Assembly: GCA_963822445.1 (NCBI GenBank)
Contig: CAWGHO010000003.1
Span: forward strand, 736,001 to 800,000
DNA: 64,000 bases
Reading direction: 5' to 3'
DNA from: an uncultured Acidobacteriota bacterium
GTDB lineage: Bacteria; Acidobacteriota; Thermoanaerobaculia; Gp7-AA8
The notes beneath the pieces were generated by a model. It saw nothing but the letters and a program-made list of their open reading frames with translations, was not told the origin of the DNA and did not search any database. This document shows, one piece after another, positions 1-11,560 of the stretch; the stretch's first letter is position 1; each line of letters starts with the position of its first letter. A program made the position numbers and the translations under genes.

Positions 1-154
1 ACGCGGCGATGATCGACGCGTCGTCGTTGTGATCCCAGGAAATGGCGACGCCTTTCGGAACGGGCAGCCCCGCGCGGATCGCCCGCGCAAGCGAAGCCGC
101 TTTCCCTCCGAACCGCTCCTCGGAATCAGCGTCGCTGAGCCGGACGATCGTCAC
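1..154 (-). CDS. PEP/pyruvate-binding (PPDK_N, ATP-grasp) domain protein, 5' part; runs off the window
   Basis: GTG at 154 overlaps the upstream stop (GTGA). Hand translation MTIVRLSDADSEERFGGKAASLARAIRAGLPVPKG contains the GGKA..L...GLPVP.G motif. Confidence 0.8.
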   Translation of the reverse strand, partial: MTIVRLSDADSEERFGGKAASLARAIRAGLPVPKGVAISWDHNDDASIIAA

Positions 155-1809
155 GCCAGAATTTCGACAGTCCCGGCCGCGCCATCGACTCGCACGCGCA
201 TGCCGTCGCGAATCACCTCGGTGGCGTTGCCCGTGCCGACCACGGCCGGGATGCCGTACTCGCGCGCCACCACCGCGGCATGCGAGAGCGTTCCGCCGCG
301 ATCGGTGACGATGCCGCTGAGCAGCGGCAGCAGCGCGTTGTACGACGGCGCGGTCGAACGTGTGATCAGCACATCGCCTTTGCGAACGCGGCCCATGTCC
401 AGCGGATCGAGCACAAGCCGCGCGATTCCCGAGACCTGTCCCGGACTGGCCGCGAAGCCGCTGACCGTCGCCGCCGCCTTTGCCTGTTCGCGGGCGGCGA
501 ACATCTCGCCCATGACGATGCCGACCGCACGTTCGGCGCGTGCCGCATCGGGCGGGAACCAATCCGCCGGCGGGGGACCGGCAGGGGTGCCGCCGAGGAA
601 CTTCGGCGCGTCGCGGAAGGTGTGCGTCATCCGGAACTTCGCGTCCGCCGCCGCCTGATCGGCAGTGCGATCCGTGCCGCCGCGCAGCATCGATTTCAGT
701 TCGTCCGGCGTGAGCTCGACCGCATGCTCGGCATCGTGCAGTTTGCCTTTCGCGGCAAGCCGCCGGCCGGCTTCGAGAATCGCGCGGCGGGCGATTCCGG
801 CGGACCACATGTCGTTGTAGTACGTCCGCTCGTCGCGGATCCGATAGGTCAGCCGCGCTTCACCGAGCAGCTCATCGAACTGCGCGCGATGCTGCGGCGG
901 GACTTTCTCGCGAATGGTGGTCTCGCGCTGCGCGACGTCGTTCGCACTCACCACCGACTTGCCGTTCACCGCGGAGCGGATGTTTTCCACGAGCAGCTCC
1001 GGCATCTCGCCGATGGTGACGTCGGCGAAGTCGTAACCGGTGGCGATGCGCACCGAGGCCGCGTCGATGTAGCGGCGGGCCGCGGCGCCGACGGCGTCGG
1101 TGCGGGCGATGAGGGCGTCGATGCTCTCGAACGGCGCACCGCTTTCAACGATCGCAGCCGCCAGCGCATCCAACTCGTCCGTCGCCCCCTGCGAAACACG
1201 GCTCGACCCCCGAAACAGCGGCAACACCTCGGCCGGCGCGAGGCCGGTCCACTCCTTCACGTGCACGAGGAAGTCGCCGAGGGGGAGCATCGCTGTTGCG
1301 TTGAGACTGTGGTGGAGCGTCACCGCGCGGCGCACCGCGTCGAAGCAGCGGTCGAGATGCGCGATCAATTCGTCGTCGCTCAGCGCGGCGAGGTTGACGT
1401 TCTGCAGAGCCGTGTTTTCCCTGGCGATGGCGGGTTTCACCTCCGAATCCCAGCGCTGCACATCCTCGCGCCAGCGTTTCGTCCGCCAGACCTCGGCGAC
1501 GGTCCTGATCCGTTTGCGCATTTCCGGGTGGAGCTTCGTCAGCAGCTTGAAGATCGCTTTCGGCGGCGGACCTTTCGCGCCTTTCGGCGCGCCGACCGGA
1601 CGCGCGCAGATGTAGATGAAGCGGTTGACGACGGCGAACTCGAGATAGTCGAGGAGCATGCCGTAGCGGGCCATGCCTTCGCGGAAGCCGGCCGTTGCCG
1701 CGGGCGGAAGGACCGCGGCCATCGACCGCGACACGGGCCGCATCATGTGCGTGGATTCGACCTCCCAGACACCGGGTCCGGGAGCGGTGAAGTCGCTGGT
1801 TTCGAGCAT
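151..1809 (-). CDS. PEP-utilising enzyme with phospho-His swivel domain (rifampin phosphotransferase/PEP synthase-like, lacking the ATP-grasp domain)
   Basis: C-terminal ASPG...GDVL...TDRGGTLSHAAVVAREYGIPAVVG motif preceded by a long helical domain. Confidence 0.85.
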   Translation of the reverse strand: MLETSDFTAPGPGVWEVESTHMMRPVSRSMAAVLPPAATAGFREGMARYGMLLDYLEFAVVNRFIYICARPVGAPKGAKGPPPKAIFKLLTKLHPEMRKRIRTVAEVWRTKRWREDVQRWDSEVKPAIARENTALQNVNLAALSDDELIAHLDRCFDAVRRAVTLHHSLNATAMLPLGDFLVHVKEWTGLAPAEVLPLFRGSSRVSQGATDELDALAAAIVESGAPFESIDALIARTDAVGAAARRYIDAASVRIATGYDFADVTIGEMPELLVENIRSAVNGKSVVSANDVAQRETTIREKVPPQHRAQFDELLGEARLTYRIRDERTYYNDMWSAGIARRAILEAGRRLAAKGKLHDAEHAVELTPDELKSMLRGGTDRTADQAAADAKFRMTHTFRDAPKFLGGTPAGPPPADWFPPDAARAERAVGIVMGEMFAAREQAKAAATVSGFAASPGQVSGIARLVLDPLDMGRVRKGDVLITRSTAPSYNALLPLLSGIVTDRGGTLSHAAVVAREYGIPAVVGTGNATEVIRDGMRVRVDGAAGTVEILA

Positions 1810-1822
1810 GGGCGGGGATGAT

Positions 1823-1899
1823 AGTTTAGGAGTGCGGCGGCAGAGCTGCCGCTTTGGGACGTACCAAAGCGGCGGCTACGGCCGCCGCACTCCTAAACT
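1823..1899. repeat. REP-like inverted pair, family A (GGAGTGCGGCGGC..GCCGCTTT)
   Basis: AGTTTAGGAGTGCGGCGGC...GCCGCCGCACTCCTAAACT; same family at 49145, 55089, 60204, 60946. Confidence 0.85.
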
Positions 1900-4515
1900 T
1901 TCGGTCCAGTTCGTGACCAGCGTGATCGGCACCGGCTCCAGCTTTTCCTCGTGGATCGACAGAATGCGCGAGCCATCCCTTGAGAAATCGCCGTTCACCA
2001 GCTCCGGCGGGATCTTTCCGATCACTTCCGGTGCGCTGAACGTATCTCCCGTCACGCGAACGCGCAGGTGGGTCAGATCGTTCGTGACGATGCGCAGCTC
2101 GTTGCTGTCGCGCAGCCAGAGCGCGCCGCCCGCTCCCATGTTGGTGAGCTGCTTCTTCGCGCCGCGTTTCGGAAACGACACCGCATAGATCTCGCGACGT
2201 CCGGTCTCGTCCGACGTGTAAACGACCCAGCGGCCGTCCGGCGAGAATCGACCCCACTGTTCATCGAACTCGGTCTCGATGAACGGGTACGGTTTCCCGC
2301 TTCCATCCATCGGCACGACCCAGATGTCGCCGTTGTCGTCTTCACTCTCGAAGACGCCTGCGAGCACGAACTTGCCGTCGCTCGACCAGTCGGTGGCCAG
2401 GCAATCCCTGTCCTTCAGTTCGAACGCGAGGGTCTCCCGGGTCAGGCCGTCGACCGGCTTGACCATGACCGTGACGCGGCGCTGCCTGCCCGTCGAGAAC
2501 AGCAGCCTGCTCCCGTCCGGCGACCAGACCGGGGAGAACTCTTCCAGCGCGTCGGTGGTGAACCGGGTCGGCGTTCCACGCGCGAGATCGATGATCCAGA
2601 GGTCGGCCGGGTCGCCGACGAGGACCACCGCCTGTTTGTCATCCGGCGACAGTTGAATCTCGTCCTGGACGTCGACGTCGGCGACGTGGCTCAGCTCTTT
2701 CCCGCTGATGTCCATCCATCGCAAAGAACGCTTTCCCTGCGGCGGCCCGGTGAAGTAGACCAGGCTTCCTTCCGCCGAAGCGCCGAACAGCGCGCGGAAG
2801 AAGCCCGGGACGGTGGTTACGTCCTGGGCGATGCGAATGGGCTCACCGGTGAACTTCCGTCGGTCCGGGTCGAACGGCTGGGCGAGCAGGTGGTTCTCAC
2901 GGACGAACAGCACGTGCCCGTTCGCGTAGATGGCGTTCGACCTCGCGCGCAGCAACAGCGTGCGCTCGGGCGAATCGAGCGATCCGATGTAGATCGCGTT
3001 CACGTCGCTGTCCGCGGGAACCTTGTGGCTGCCGGCGAGATAGAGGAAGTGCTTGCCGTCGGGGAGGAACCACGGCCAGCGATGCGTGGTCTCGGCCTGC
3101 GACGCGTCGAGCTTCGTCACGGGGACGCTCTTGCCGCCGTTCGCGGATACGCGATGCAGGGCGTCGCGCCAGTTGGGCTCGAACACGATCGTGCCGTCGG
3201 CGTTCCACGTTCCGCCGCGGCCGCTGCCGCTGTCGGTAATGGTGACGGCCGGTCCGCCGGCGACGTCGATGCGGCGCAGTTTTGCGCCGCCCCAGAAGGC
3301 AATCGACCGGCTGTCCGGCGACCAGAACGGCGAGTGGCCCGTTCCGATCTTCCGGCTCTCGCCGCTCTCGAGATCGCGGAGCCAGAGCTCTTCGGGACCG
3401 GGGAAGGTCGCCGCGGAGTAGGTCACGTACCGGCCGTTGGGAGAGATGGTCAGCGCGGATGCTTCGAAGCCCGCCAGATCGAACGCCGCTCCCGGCTGCG
3501 GAACGAGTGATGACTTGCGCGTCGCTACCGGTTTGGAGCGCTCGCGCCAGAGCGCCCATCCCAGTCCGGCCGCTGCGAGCAGAAGCAACAGCGTCGACGC
3601 CGCGAAAAGCCGCTCGCGATTCTTGCGACGCGCGACCGCCGGCGCAGATACGCCGACCTGCGAGCCCGCTTCGCTGATCCAGCGCAGCTCCTGCGCGACG
3701 TCGTGCGCGTTCTGCCAGCGATCCTCCCGCTCCTTGGCCAGGCAGCGGGCGATGACATGCTCGAGTGCGGGCGGCGTCATCGGCTGGATCTCGCTCACCC
3801 GCGGCGGGTCACCGCCGACGATCGCGCCGATCAGCGAGGTTTTGGTCTTGCCCTGGAACGCCCGGCGGCCGGTGAGCATCTCGTACAGCACCGCGCCGAA
3901 CGCGAAGATGTCCGTGCGGGCGTCGGCGTCTTCACCGGCCAGCTGTTCGGGAGCCATGTACTGAAACGTGCCGACGATCGTGCCCTCGGCAGTAAGAGGC
4001 ATGTGCTCGGTCGGCGTGTCCGGCGTTGCGACCGACGCCGTTGCCGCGCGGGCCAGGCCGAAGTCGAGGAGCTTCGCCCCCGACTTCATGATCATCACGT
4101 TGCCCGGCTTGAGATCGCGATGGACGATGCCGCTGCGATGCGCGCGATCGAGGGCCTCGCCGATCTGGATGCCGTAGCGAAGGACGTCGGCGAGAGGAAG
4201 CGGACCGCGGGCGAGGCGCTGGGCGAGCGACTCGCCCTCGAGCAGCTCCATGACCAGGTAGTCGGTACCGTCCTCGCTGCCGACATCGTGGATCGTGCAG
4301 ATGTTGGGATGGTTGAGTTGCGAGATCGCCCGCGCCTCACGCTCGAAGCGCATGCGGAACTGCGCGTTCTGCGCGAGCGCAGCCGGAAGGATCTTCACCG
4401 CGACGGAGCGATCGAGACGCGTGTCCTTGGCCTGCCACACTTCCCCCATCCCCCCGGCGCCGAGCTGCGAGACGATCTCGTAGGGGCCGAGGCGCGTTCC
4501 CGAACCTACTTGCAT
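1876..4515 (-). CDS. Ser/Thr protein kinase with TM helix and TolB-like (PD40) beta-propeller
   Basis: GAGGMGEV, HRDLKPGN, DFGLA, YMAPE; WSPDG repeats at the C-terminus. Confidence 0.95.
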   Translation of the reverse strand: MQVGSGTRLGPYEIVSQLGAGGMGEVWQAKDTRLDRSVAVKILPAALAQNAQFRMRFEREARAISQLNHPNICTIHDVGSEDGTDYLVMELLEGESLAQRLARGPLPLADVLRYGIQIGEALDRAHRSGIVHRDLKPGNVMIMKSGAKLLDFGLARAATASVATPDTPTEHMPLTAEGTIVGTFQYMAPEQLAGEDADARTDIFAFGAVLYEMLTGRRAFQGKTKTSLIGAIVGGDPPRVSEIQPMTPPALEHVIARCLAKEREDRWQNAHDVAQELRWISEAGSQVGVSAPAVARRKNRERLFAASTLLLLLAAAGLGWALWRERSKPVATRKSSLVPQPGAAFDLAGFEASALTISPNGRYVTYSAATFPGPEELWLRDLESGESRKIGTGHSPFWSPDSRSIAFWGGAKLRRIDVAGGPAVTITDSGSGRGGTWNADGTIVFEPNWRDALHRVSANGGKSVPVTKLDASQAETTHRWPWFLPDGKHFLYLAGSHKVPADSDVNAIYIGSLDSPERTLLLRARSNAIYANGHVLFVRENHLLAQPFDPDRRKFTGEPIRIAQDVTTVPGFFRALFGASAEGSLVYFTGPPQGKRSLRWMDISGKELSHVADVDVQDEIQLSPDDKQAVVLVGDPADLWIIDLARGTPTRFTTDALEEFSPVWSPDGSRLLFSTGRQRRVTVMVKPVDGLTRETLAFELKDRDCLATDWSSDGKFVLAGVFESEDDNGDIWVVPMDGSGKPYPFIETEFDEQWGRFSPDGRWVVYTSDETGRREIYAVSFPKRGAKKQLTNMGAGGALWLRDSNELRIVTNDLTHLRVRVTGDTFSAPEVIGKIPPELVNGDFSRDGSRILSIHEEKLEPVPITLVTNWTESLGVRRP

Positions 4516-4544
4516 GCGTGGGCGGTATTGTAGGCGCCCAGCGC

Positions 4545-6077
4545 ATGCAGAGAGTTTCCCTTCTCCTCCTCCAGGTCGGCGCGATCGCGGTGGTCGTCGC
4601 CGCGACGACGCATCGCGGGTTCGATCTCGATCGCTTTCTGATCCCGAAAGAGCTCGTGCTGCACGCGACGGCCGCGCTGGCAGGTCTGCTGGCCATCGGC
4701 GCGATCCGCAACAGCAAAACTACGAGGGTCGACTGGCTGCTCACCATCTATCTATTGCTCAGCGCGATCTCGGCGTTGTTCGCCACGAATCCCTGGCTGG
4801 CCGTGCGCGCGCTGGCGATCAGCATTTCCAGCGCGCTCCTTTTCTGGGTCGCGCGATCGGCGCGCAATGCCGGACCGTTCCTGAATGCGATCGCCATCGC
4901 CGTCGTGATCGCCGCGCTTCTCGCCCTGGCCCAGGCATACGGAATCTGGATCGATCTCTTTTCCACGAATCGCGCGCCGGGCGGAACGCTCGGCAATCGC
5001 AATTTCGTCGCGCATGCAGCGGCGTTCGGGATGCCGGTCGTGCTGCTCGCCGCGTTCCGCGGTCGCATGCTCGCCGCGGCCGGTGTTCCGATTCTCACGG
5101 CGACGCTCGTGTTGACGCGCTCGCGCGCGGCGTGGCTGGCCTTCGCCGCGGCCGCCGCCGTCTTTCTCATCGCCATGCTCTCCTCGGCCGCCCTGCGCCG
5201 AGACGCGCGAACCTGGCGCCGGCTGCTGCTCGTTCTCGTGCTCGTCGGAGTGGGTGTTGCGGCGGCACTGCTCATCCCGAACGAATTGCGCTGGCGCAGC
5301 GACAACCCCTACCTCGAGTCCGTGCAGGGCGTGGTCAATTACCAGGAGGGGAGCGGCCGCGGACGGCTCATCCAGTACGAGCGCTCCCTGCGCATGGCCG
5401 CGCGGCATCCGCTCTTCGGCGTCGGGCCGGGCAACTGGGCGGTGGAGTATCCCGATCACGCGCCCGGCAACGATCCCTCCATCGATACGAGCGAAGGCGG
5501 GATGACCTTCAACCCCTGGCCGAGCAGCGACTGGGTCGCCTTTGCGTCGGAGCGAGGTTTCGCGGCGGCGATCGTTCTCGCGGCGGTCTTCATCGGCCTC
5601 GCCGTTTCCTCGCTCAGACGGCTGAAACGTGCGATCGACAGCGATGACGCGCTGCTCGCGGCGACTCTGCTCGCGACACTCGTCGCCGCCTGTGTTGCTG
5701 GCGCCTTCGACGCCGTGCTGATGCTCGCCCTGCCGGCATTCATCGTCTGGGTGACGCTCGGCGCACTCCTGCCGCGAGACATTCCCGCCGAACCGGTAAT
5801 GCCGTCGCGATCGCGCACCGTGCTGGTGCTGACGCTGAGTGTTGTGGCGGCGCTCGCCGCCGCTCGATCGACCGCGCAGATCGTGGCCATGGAGCTCTTC
5901 ACGCGCGGCGATCGACCATCGCTGCGCCGCGCCGCCATCCTCGATCCCGGCAACTATCGCGTGCACATGCGCCTGGCCCGCGGAGGGAAGGGGAGATGCG
6001 AGCACGCCCTCGCTGCGCGCGACCTTTACCCGAACGCCGACGCCGCAAAGGCCGCCGCCCGCGGCTGTCCGGACTAA
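4545..6077 (+). CDS. O-antigen ligase family membrane protein
   Basis: Multiple TM helices, GTLGNRNF, LTRSRAAWL, HPLFGVGPGN. Confidence 0.8.
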   Translation: MQRVSLLLLQVGAIAVVVAATTHRGFDLDRFLIPKELVLHATAALAGLLAIGAIRNSKTTRVDWLLTIYLLLSAISALFATNPWLAVRALAISISSALLFWVARSARNAGPFLNAIAIAVVIAALLALAQAYGIWIDLFSTNRAPGGTLGNRNFVAHAAAFGMPVVLLAAFRGRMLAAAGVPILTATLVLTRSRAAWLAFAAAAAVFLIAMLSSAALRRDARTWRRLLLVLVLVGVGVAAALLIPNELRWRSDNPYLESVQGVVNYQEGSGRGRLIQYERSLRMAARHPLFGVGPGNWAVEYPDHAPGNDPSIDTSEGGMTFNPWPSSDWVAFASERGFAAAIVLAAVFIGLAVSSLRRLKRAIDSDDALLAATLLATLVAACVAGAFDAVLMLALPAFIVWVTLGALLPRDIPAEPVMPSRSRTVLVLTLSVVAALAAARSTAQIVAMELFTRGDRPSLRRAAILDPGNYRVHMRLARGGKGRCEHALAARDLYPNADAAKAAARGCPD

Positions 6078-6114
6078 AGCCGCGTTACCATTTACGCCAG
6101 GAGGTCAACTGACC

Positions 6115-6177
6115 ATGGCCAAAGGAAACAACGCCCGCAAGAAAGAAACGAAGAAGCCGAAGAAGGACAAGAAGTAG
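6115..6177 (+). CDS. 20-aa lysine-rich small protein MAKGNNARKKETKKPKKDKK
   Basis: Strong SD (AGGAGG) upstream of the ATG; fills the intergenic gap. Confidence 0.6.
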   Translation: MAKGNNARKKETKKPKKDKK

Positions 6178-6179
6178 TT

Positions 6180-6283
6180 TCGGGGTTACGGGGTTACGGG
6201 GTTACGAGGAGGTTGTGGCGTTGCGAGATGGAAAAGCGTTTCGGTCCACCCCGCAACCTCGTAACCCCGCAACCCCGTAACCG
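6180..6283. repeat. Inverted 8-mer tandem repeats (GGGGTTAC)n ... (GTAACCCC/GCAACCYC)n
   Basis: Directly visible between convergent genes; related array at 50747-50850. Confidence 0.8.
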
Positions 6284-8629
<2,346 letters not shown>

Positions 8630-8655
8630 CGCGACAGGATACAGTAGCGCTCGCC

Positions 8656-9351
8656 ATGCGCTCACTGCTCGCCGTCTCTCTGCTCGTCGCACTCACCGCA
8701 CACGCCGGAAATCAGGAGATGGAGAAAGCGCTCGCGCGCATCAATGCCTCTACGGAGGCGGCGGATGCGCTGGCGCCGTTTCTTTACATCATGGCTCACG
8801 CGTCCGAGGCGCCGGCGCTGCAGCTTTTCGTTGCGTCGACGGTTGCGATGGGGAACGAGCGTCTGGCAGATGCGGGATTTCTCTTTTACGCCGCGCAACT
8901 GCGCGCGCGATTCGATCTCGCCCGTTATCCGCCGAAAGGCACCGGCGGCAACAGCCCGGCCGCGCTCCTCGGCGCGCTGAATCAGCAGATCGGCGAAGCG
9001 GTCAATCCGGCGATCATGCGCGACCCGGTGGCGTTCGAGAAAGCGGTGAAGCGCGTCGCGGCATACGCGCCCGCGACGCCGGCCGATTATTCGCCGGGCT
9101 GGGAGTTCGCAACCACCGATCCCGCGGCGGCGACGAAGCTCTTCACCGAGCAGGCCGCCGAATTTGCCCGCACGATGGGCGGCATCGCGACGCTCCTCAG
9201 CGACCCGCAGTACTTCGCCGCCTTCAAAACCCTGCAGGACTTCAACTTCAACCCCGACCCGAAGGGGCTGAAGGCGAAGAACGCCGCGGAAGCGAAGATG
9301 CTGGCGATCGAGAAGAAGCGGGGGATCGAGGGGCTGTACTACAAGAAGTAG
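8656..9351 (+). CDS. Secreted hypothetical protein
   Basis: Signal peptide MRSLLAVSLLVALTAHA; typical codon use. Confidence 0.7.
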   Translation: MRSLLAVSLLVALTAHAGNQEMEKALARINASTEAADALAPFLYIMAHASEAPALQLFVASTVAMGNERLADAGFLFYAAQLRARFDLARYPPKGTGGNSPAALLGALNQQIGEAVNPAIMRDPVAFEKAVKRVAAYAPATPADYSPGWEFATTDPAAATKLFTEQAAEFARTMGGIATLLSDPQYFAAFKTLQDFNFNPDPKGLKAKNAAEAKMLAIEKKRGIEGLYYKK

Positions 9352-9468
9352 CCGCCGAGGGCCGGCGGGACGCCGGCGGACCAGATGAGATGAGAAGGCC
9401 AACCTCCCACGCAGTCGCAGGAATCTGCGCTGCAAGGAATGCGTCGAGCGCAAGAAAGGAGATTGGCC

Positions 9469-10575
9469 GTGAAAAAGTCTACCAGCGTCGTCACGTGTAC
9501 GAGCATGCAGAGCAATATCCGTGAAGCCGAGGTGATCGGGATCGATCTTGGAGATCGCGCATCGCACTTCGTGGGTCTGAACAGAAGCGGCGAAGTAGTG
9601 GCCACAGGAAGGGCGACGACGACAGCGACGGCGATCGCCAACGAGTTCGGCGCGATCGGACCAAAGTTGATCGCCATCGAGACAGGTACCCACTCTCCTT
9701 GGGTCTCGAGACTGCTCACGCAGTTGGGCCATCGCGTAGTCGTGGCCAACTCCCGAAAGCTTCGTCTGATCTACGAAAACCGCCGCAAGAACGACCGCGT
9801 TGACGCCGAGTACCTGGCACGGCTGGTGAGGATGGACCCGAAACTGCTCGAGCCGATCACGCATCGTTCCGAGCGCGACCAGCAGCATCTGGCACTTCTG
9901 CGTTCGCGCGACAAGCTGGTGCGGACTCGCACAGGTCTGATTACGCATGTTCGGGGCACGGTCAAGTCGATCGGTCTGCGGCTGCCGGCTTGCTCTGCAG
10001 AGGCGTTCGTAAGTCGGGCGATGCCTCTGATCCCGAAAGAGCTGAAAGCTGCTCTTGACCCTGTTCTTCGCAACGTCGAGCAGCTGAACAAAGACATCGC
10101 CGGCTACGACCGCAAGATCGAGCAACTCGCCAGGACCGAGTACCCGGCCGCGAAGCTGCTCATGCAGATCACCGGTGTGGGACCCGTGACGTCGGTGGCG
10201 TTCGTGGTCACGGTGGGCGACCCGGGCCGGTTCAGGAAAAGTCGCACGGCGGGAGCGTGGGTCGGTCTCACGCCGGGCCAATCCGCCTCGGGTCAGCAGG
10301 ACCCCCAGATGAGGATCACCAAAGAAGGAGACAACTATCTGCGACGGCTACTGGTCAGTTGCGCGCAGTACATCCTCGGGCCGAATCGACCAGACTCGGA
10401 TCTGCGCCGGCACGGGTTGGCGCTGGCGGCGCGAGGCGGAAAGAACGCGAAGAAACGAGCCGTGGTCGCGGTCGCACGAAAACTCGCGGTGCTCATGCAC
10501 AGGCTGTGGCGTACGGAAGGCGTGTACGAACCTCTGTTCAACGCCAACAGGAGTGCCGAGCACTCAGCAGCTTGA
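9469..10575 (+). CDS. IS110-family DEDD recombinase/transposase
   Basis: GIDLGD, IETG, KNDRVDA (RuvC-like DEDD) and C-terminal GVGPVT...GLTPGQSASG; SD AAGGAG before the GTG. Confidence 0.95.
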   Translation: MKKSTSVVTCTSMQSNIREAEVIGIDLGDRASHFVGLNRSGEVVATGRATTTATAIANEFGAIGPKLIAIETGTHSPWVSRLLTQLGHRVVVANSRKLRLIYENRRKNDRVDAEYLARLVRMDPKLLEPITHRSERDQQHLALLRSRDKLVRTRTGLITHVRGTVKSIGLRLPACSAEAFVSRAMPLIPKELKAALDPVLRNVEQLNKDIAGYDRKIEQLARTEYPAAKLLMQITGVGPVTSVAFVVTVGDPGRFRKSRTAGAWVGLTPGQSASGQQDPQMRITKEGDNYLRRLLVSCAQYILGPNRPDSDLRRHGLALAARGGKNAKKRAVVAVARKLAVLMHRLWRTEGVYEPLFNANRSAEHSAA

Positions 10576-10619
10576 GAACCAGGTAGAACCGATCAGCAAA
10601 GAAAGAAACTCGACTCGAT

Positions 10620-10810
10620 CCCTCATCCGGGTGACTGCGAGCGGCGGCTTGGTCGGCAGCGATGCCAGACCGTGGACCAGATGGCAGCACCCAGTTGAAT
10701 CGGACCTCAGCATGCACCGAGCTCGATCGAGCTCACCAAGAGTGCGAATGGAAGCAAGGTCAGGACGAGCGGCGAGAGACAAAGGAGGGCGGCGCCACGT
10801 CGCCGCCCCT
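10620..10810 (+). ncRNA. Putative bridge/seek RNA of the IS1111 element
   Basis: Two stem/internal-loop modules. Loop strands match the target (CGGCGGCT, GGACCAG) and donor (ATGGAAG). GC hairpin at 10787-10808. Ends approximate. Confidence 0.8.
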
Positions 10811-10837
10811 TGACAGGATCAGGCCTTCTCATGGAAG

Positions 10838-10912
10838 CCGCCGAGCCGGCGGCGCTCCAAGCGGCCGGAGCGCTGGCGTCCTCGCCGGCTGTACCGCTGG
10901 CGTCCCGCCGGC
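10838..10912. repeat. REP-like palindrome (GGAGCGCYGGCGTCC family) interrupted by the IS; rest of the left arm at 9361-9384
   Basis: The rejoined empty site is an imperfect inverted copy of 10867-10912; related copy near 57445-57476. Confidence 0.75.
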
Positions 10913-10921
10913 TCACTGTCG

Positions 10922-10938
10922 ACTTTGTTGCGCAAAGC
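10922..10938. promoter_or_regulatory. Operator-like palindrome ACTTT-N7-AAAGC upstream of the regulator/uppS operon
   Basis: ACTTTGTTGCGCAAAGC, followed by extended -10 TGcTATGTT 7 nt before ATG 10961. Confidence 0.55.
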
Positions 10939-10960
10939 CCTTTGTGCTATGTTGCAGTCC

Positions 10961-11560
10961 ATGCCGCGATCCTCCACCGCTCCTGCCTCCATTCACGAGA
11001 AGGCCCTGGCCGACCTCCGTTACATCCGCTCCGCCGTCGAAAACGCCGGTGAGTTCACCGCCGTCTCGGGACGCGGCGGCGTGGCCATGGGAGTTACGGG
11101 ACTCGTTGCTGCCGTCGCCGCGGCGACGCAGACCAGCTTCCCCGTGCGCTGGCTCGCCATCTGGCTCAGCGCGGCTGTCGTCGCCACCACCGTCGGCATC
11201 CTCTCGATGGCCTGGAAGAGCAGGCGCCTCGGAACCTCGCTGGTGTCGGGACCGGCGCGGCGATTCGCGCTCGCATTCTTTCCAGCCGTCGCCGCGGCCG
11301 CCGCGTTGACGATCGTTCTCGTCAGCCGCGCCGAGTTCGACCTTCTCCCGGCCATCTGGCTTCTGCTCTACGGCGTCGCGATCTCGGCCGGCGGCGCACT
11401 TTCCGTCCGCGTCGTTCCGTTCATGGGCCTGGCGCTGCTGCTGACCGGCGGCGCCGCGCTGCTGGTGCCGTTCGCGACCGCGAACCTTCTTCTCGGCCTC
11501 GGCTTCGGTCTCATCCAGATCGGCGGCGGCCTGGTGATCATCCGGAGGTACGGTGGCTAA
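10961..11560 (+). CDS. Multi-pass membrane protein
   Basis: About 6 hydrophobic helices; overlaps the next gene. Confidence 0.8.
   Translation: MPRSSTAPASIHEKALADLRYIRSAVENAGEFTAVSGRGGVAMGVTGLVAAVAAATQTSFPVRWLAIWLSAAVVATTVGILSMAWKSRRLGTSLVSGPARRFALAFFPAVAAAAALTIVLVSRAEFDLLPAIWLLLYGVAISAGGALSVRVVPFMGLALLLTGGAALLVPFATANLLLGLGFGLIQIGGGLVIIRRYGG

Larger units (their letters stand above)
9383..10837 (+). mobile_element. IS110 family, IS1111 group insertion sequence
   Basis: Subterminal IRs ATGAGAAGGCC (9390-9400) / GGCCTTCTCAT (10822-10832); AG core at both junctions (9383-84, 10836-37); long 3' non-coding end; TTGACA at 10810-10815. Confidence 0.92.
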
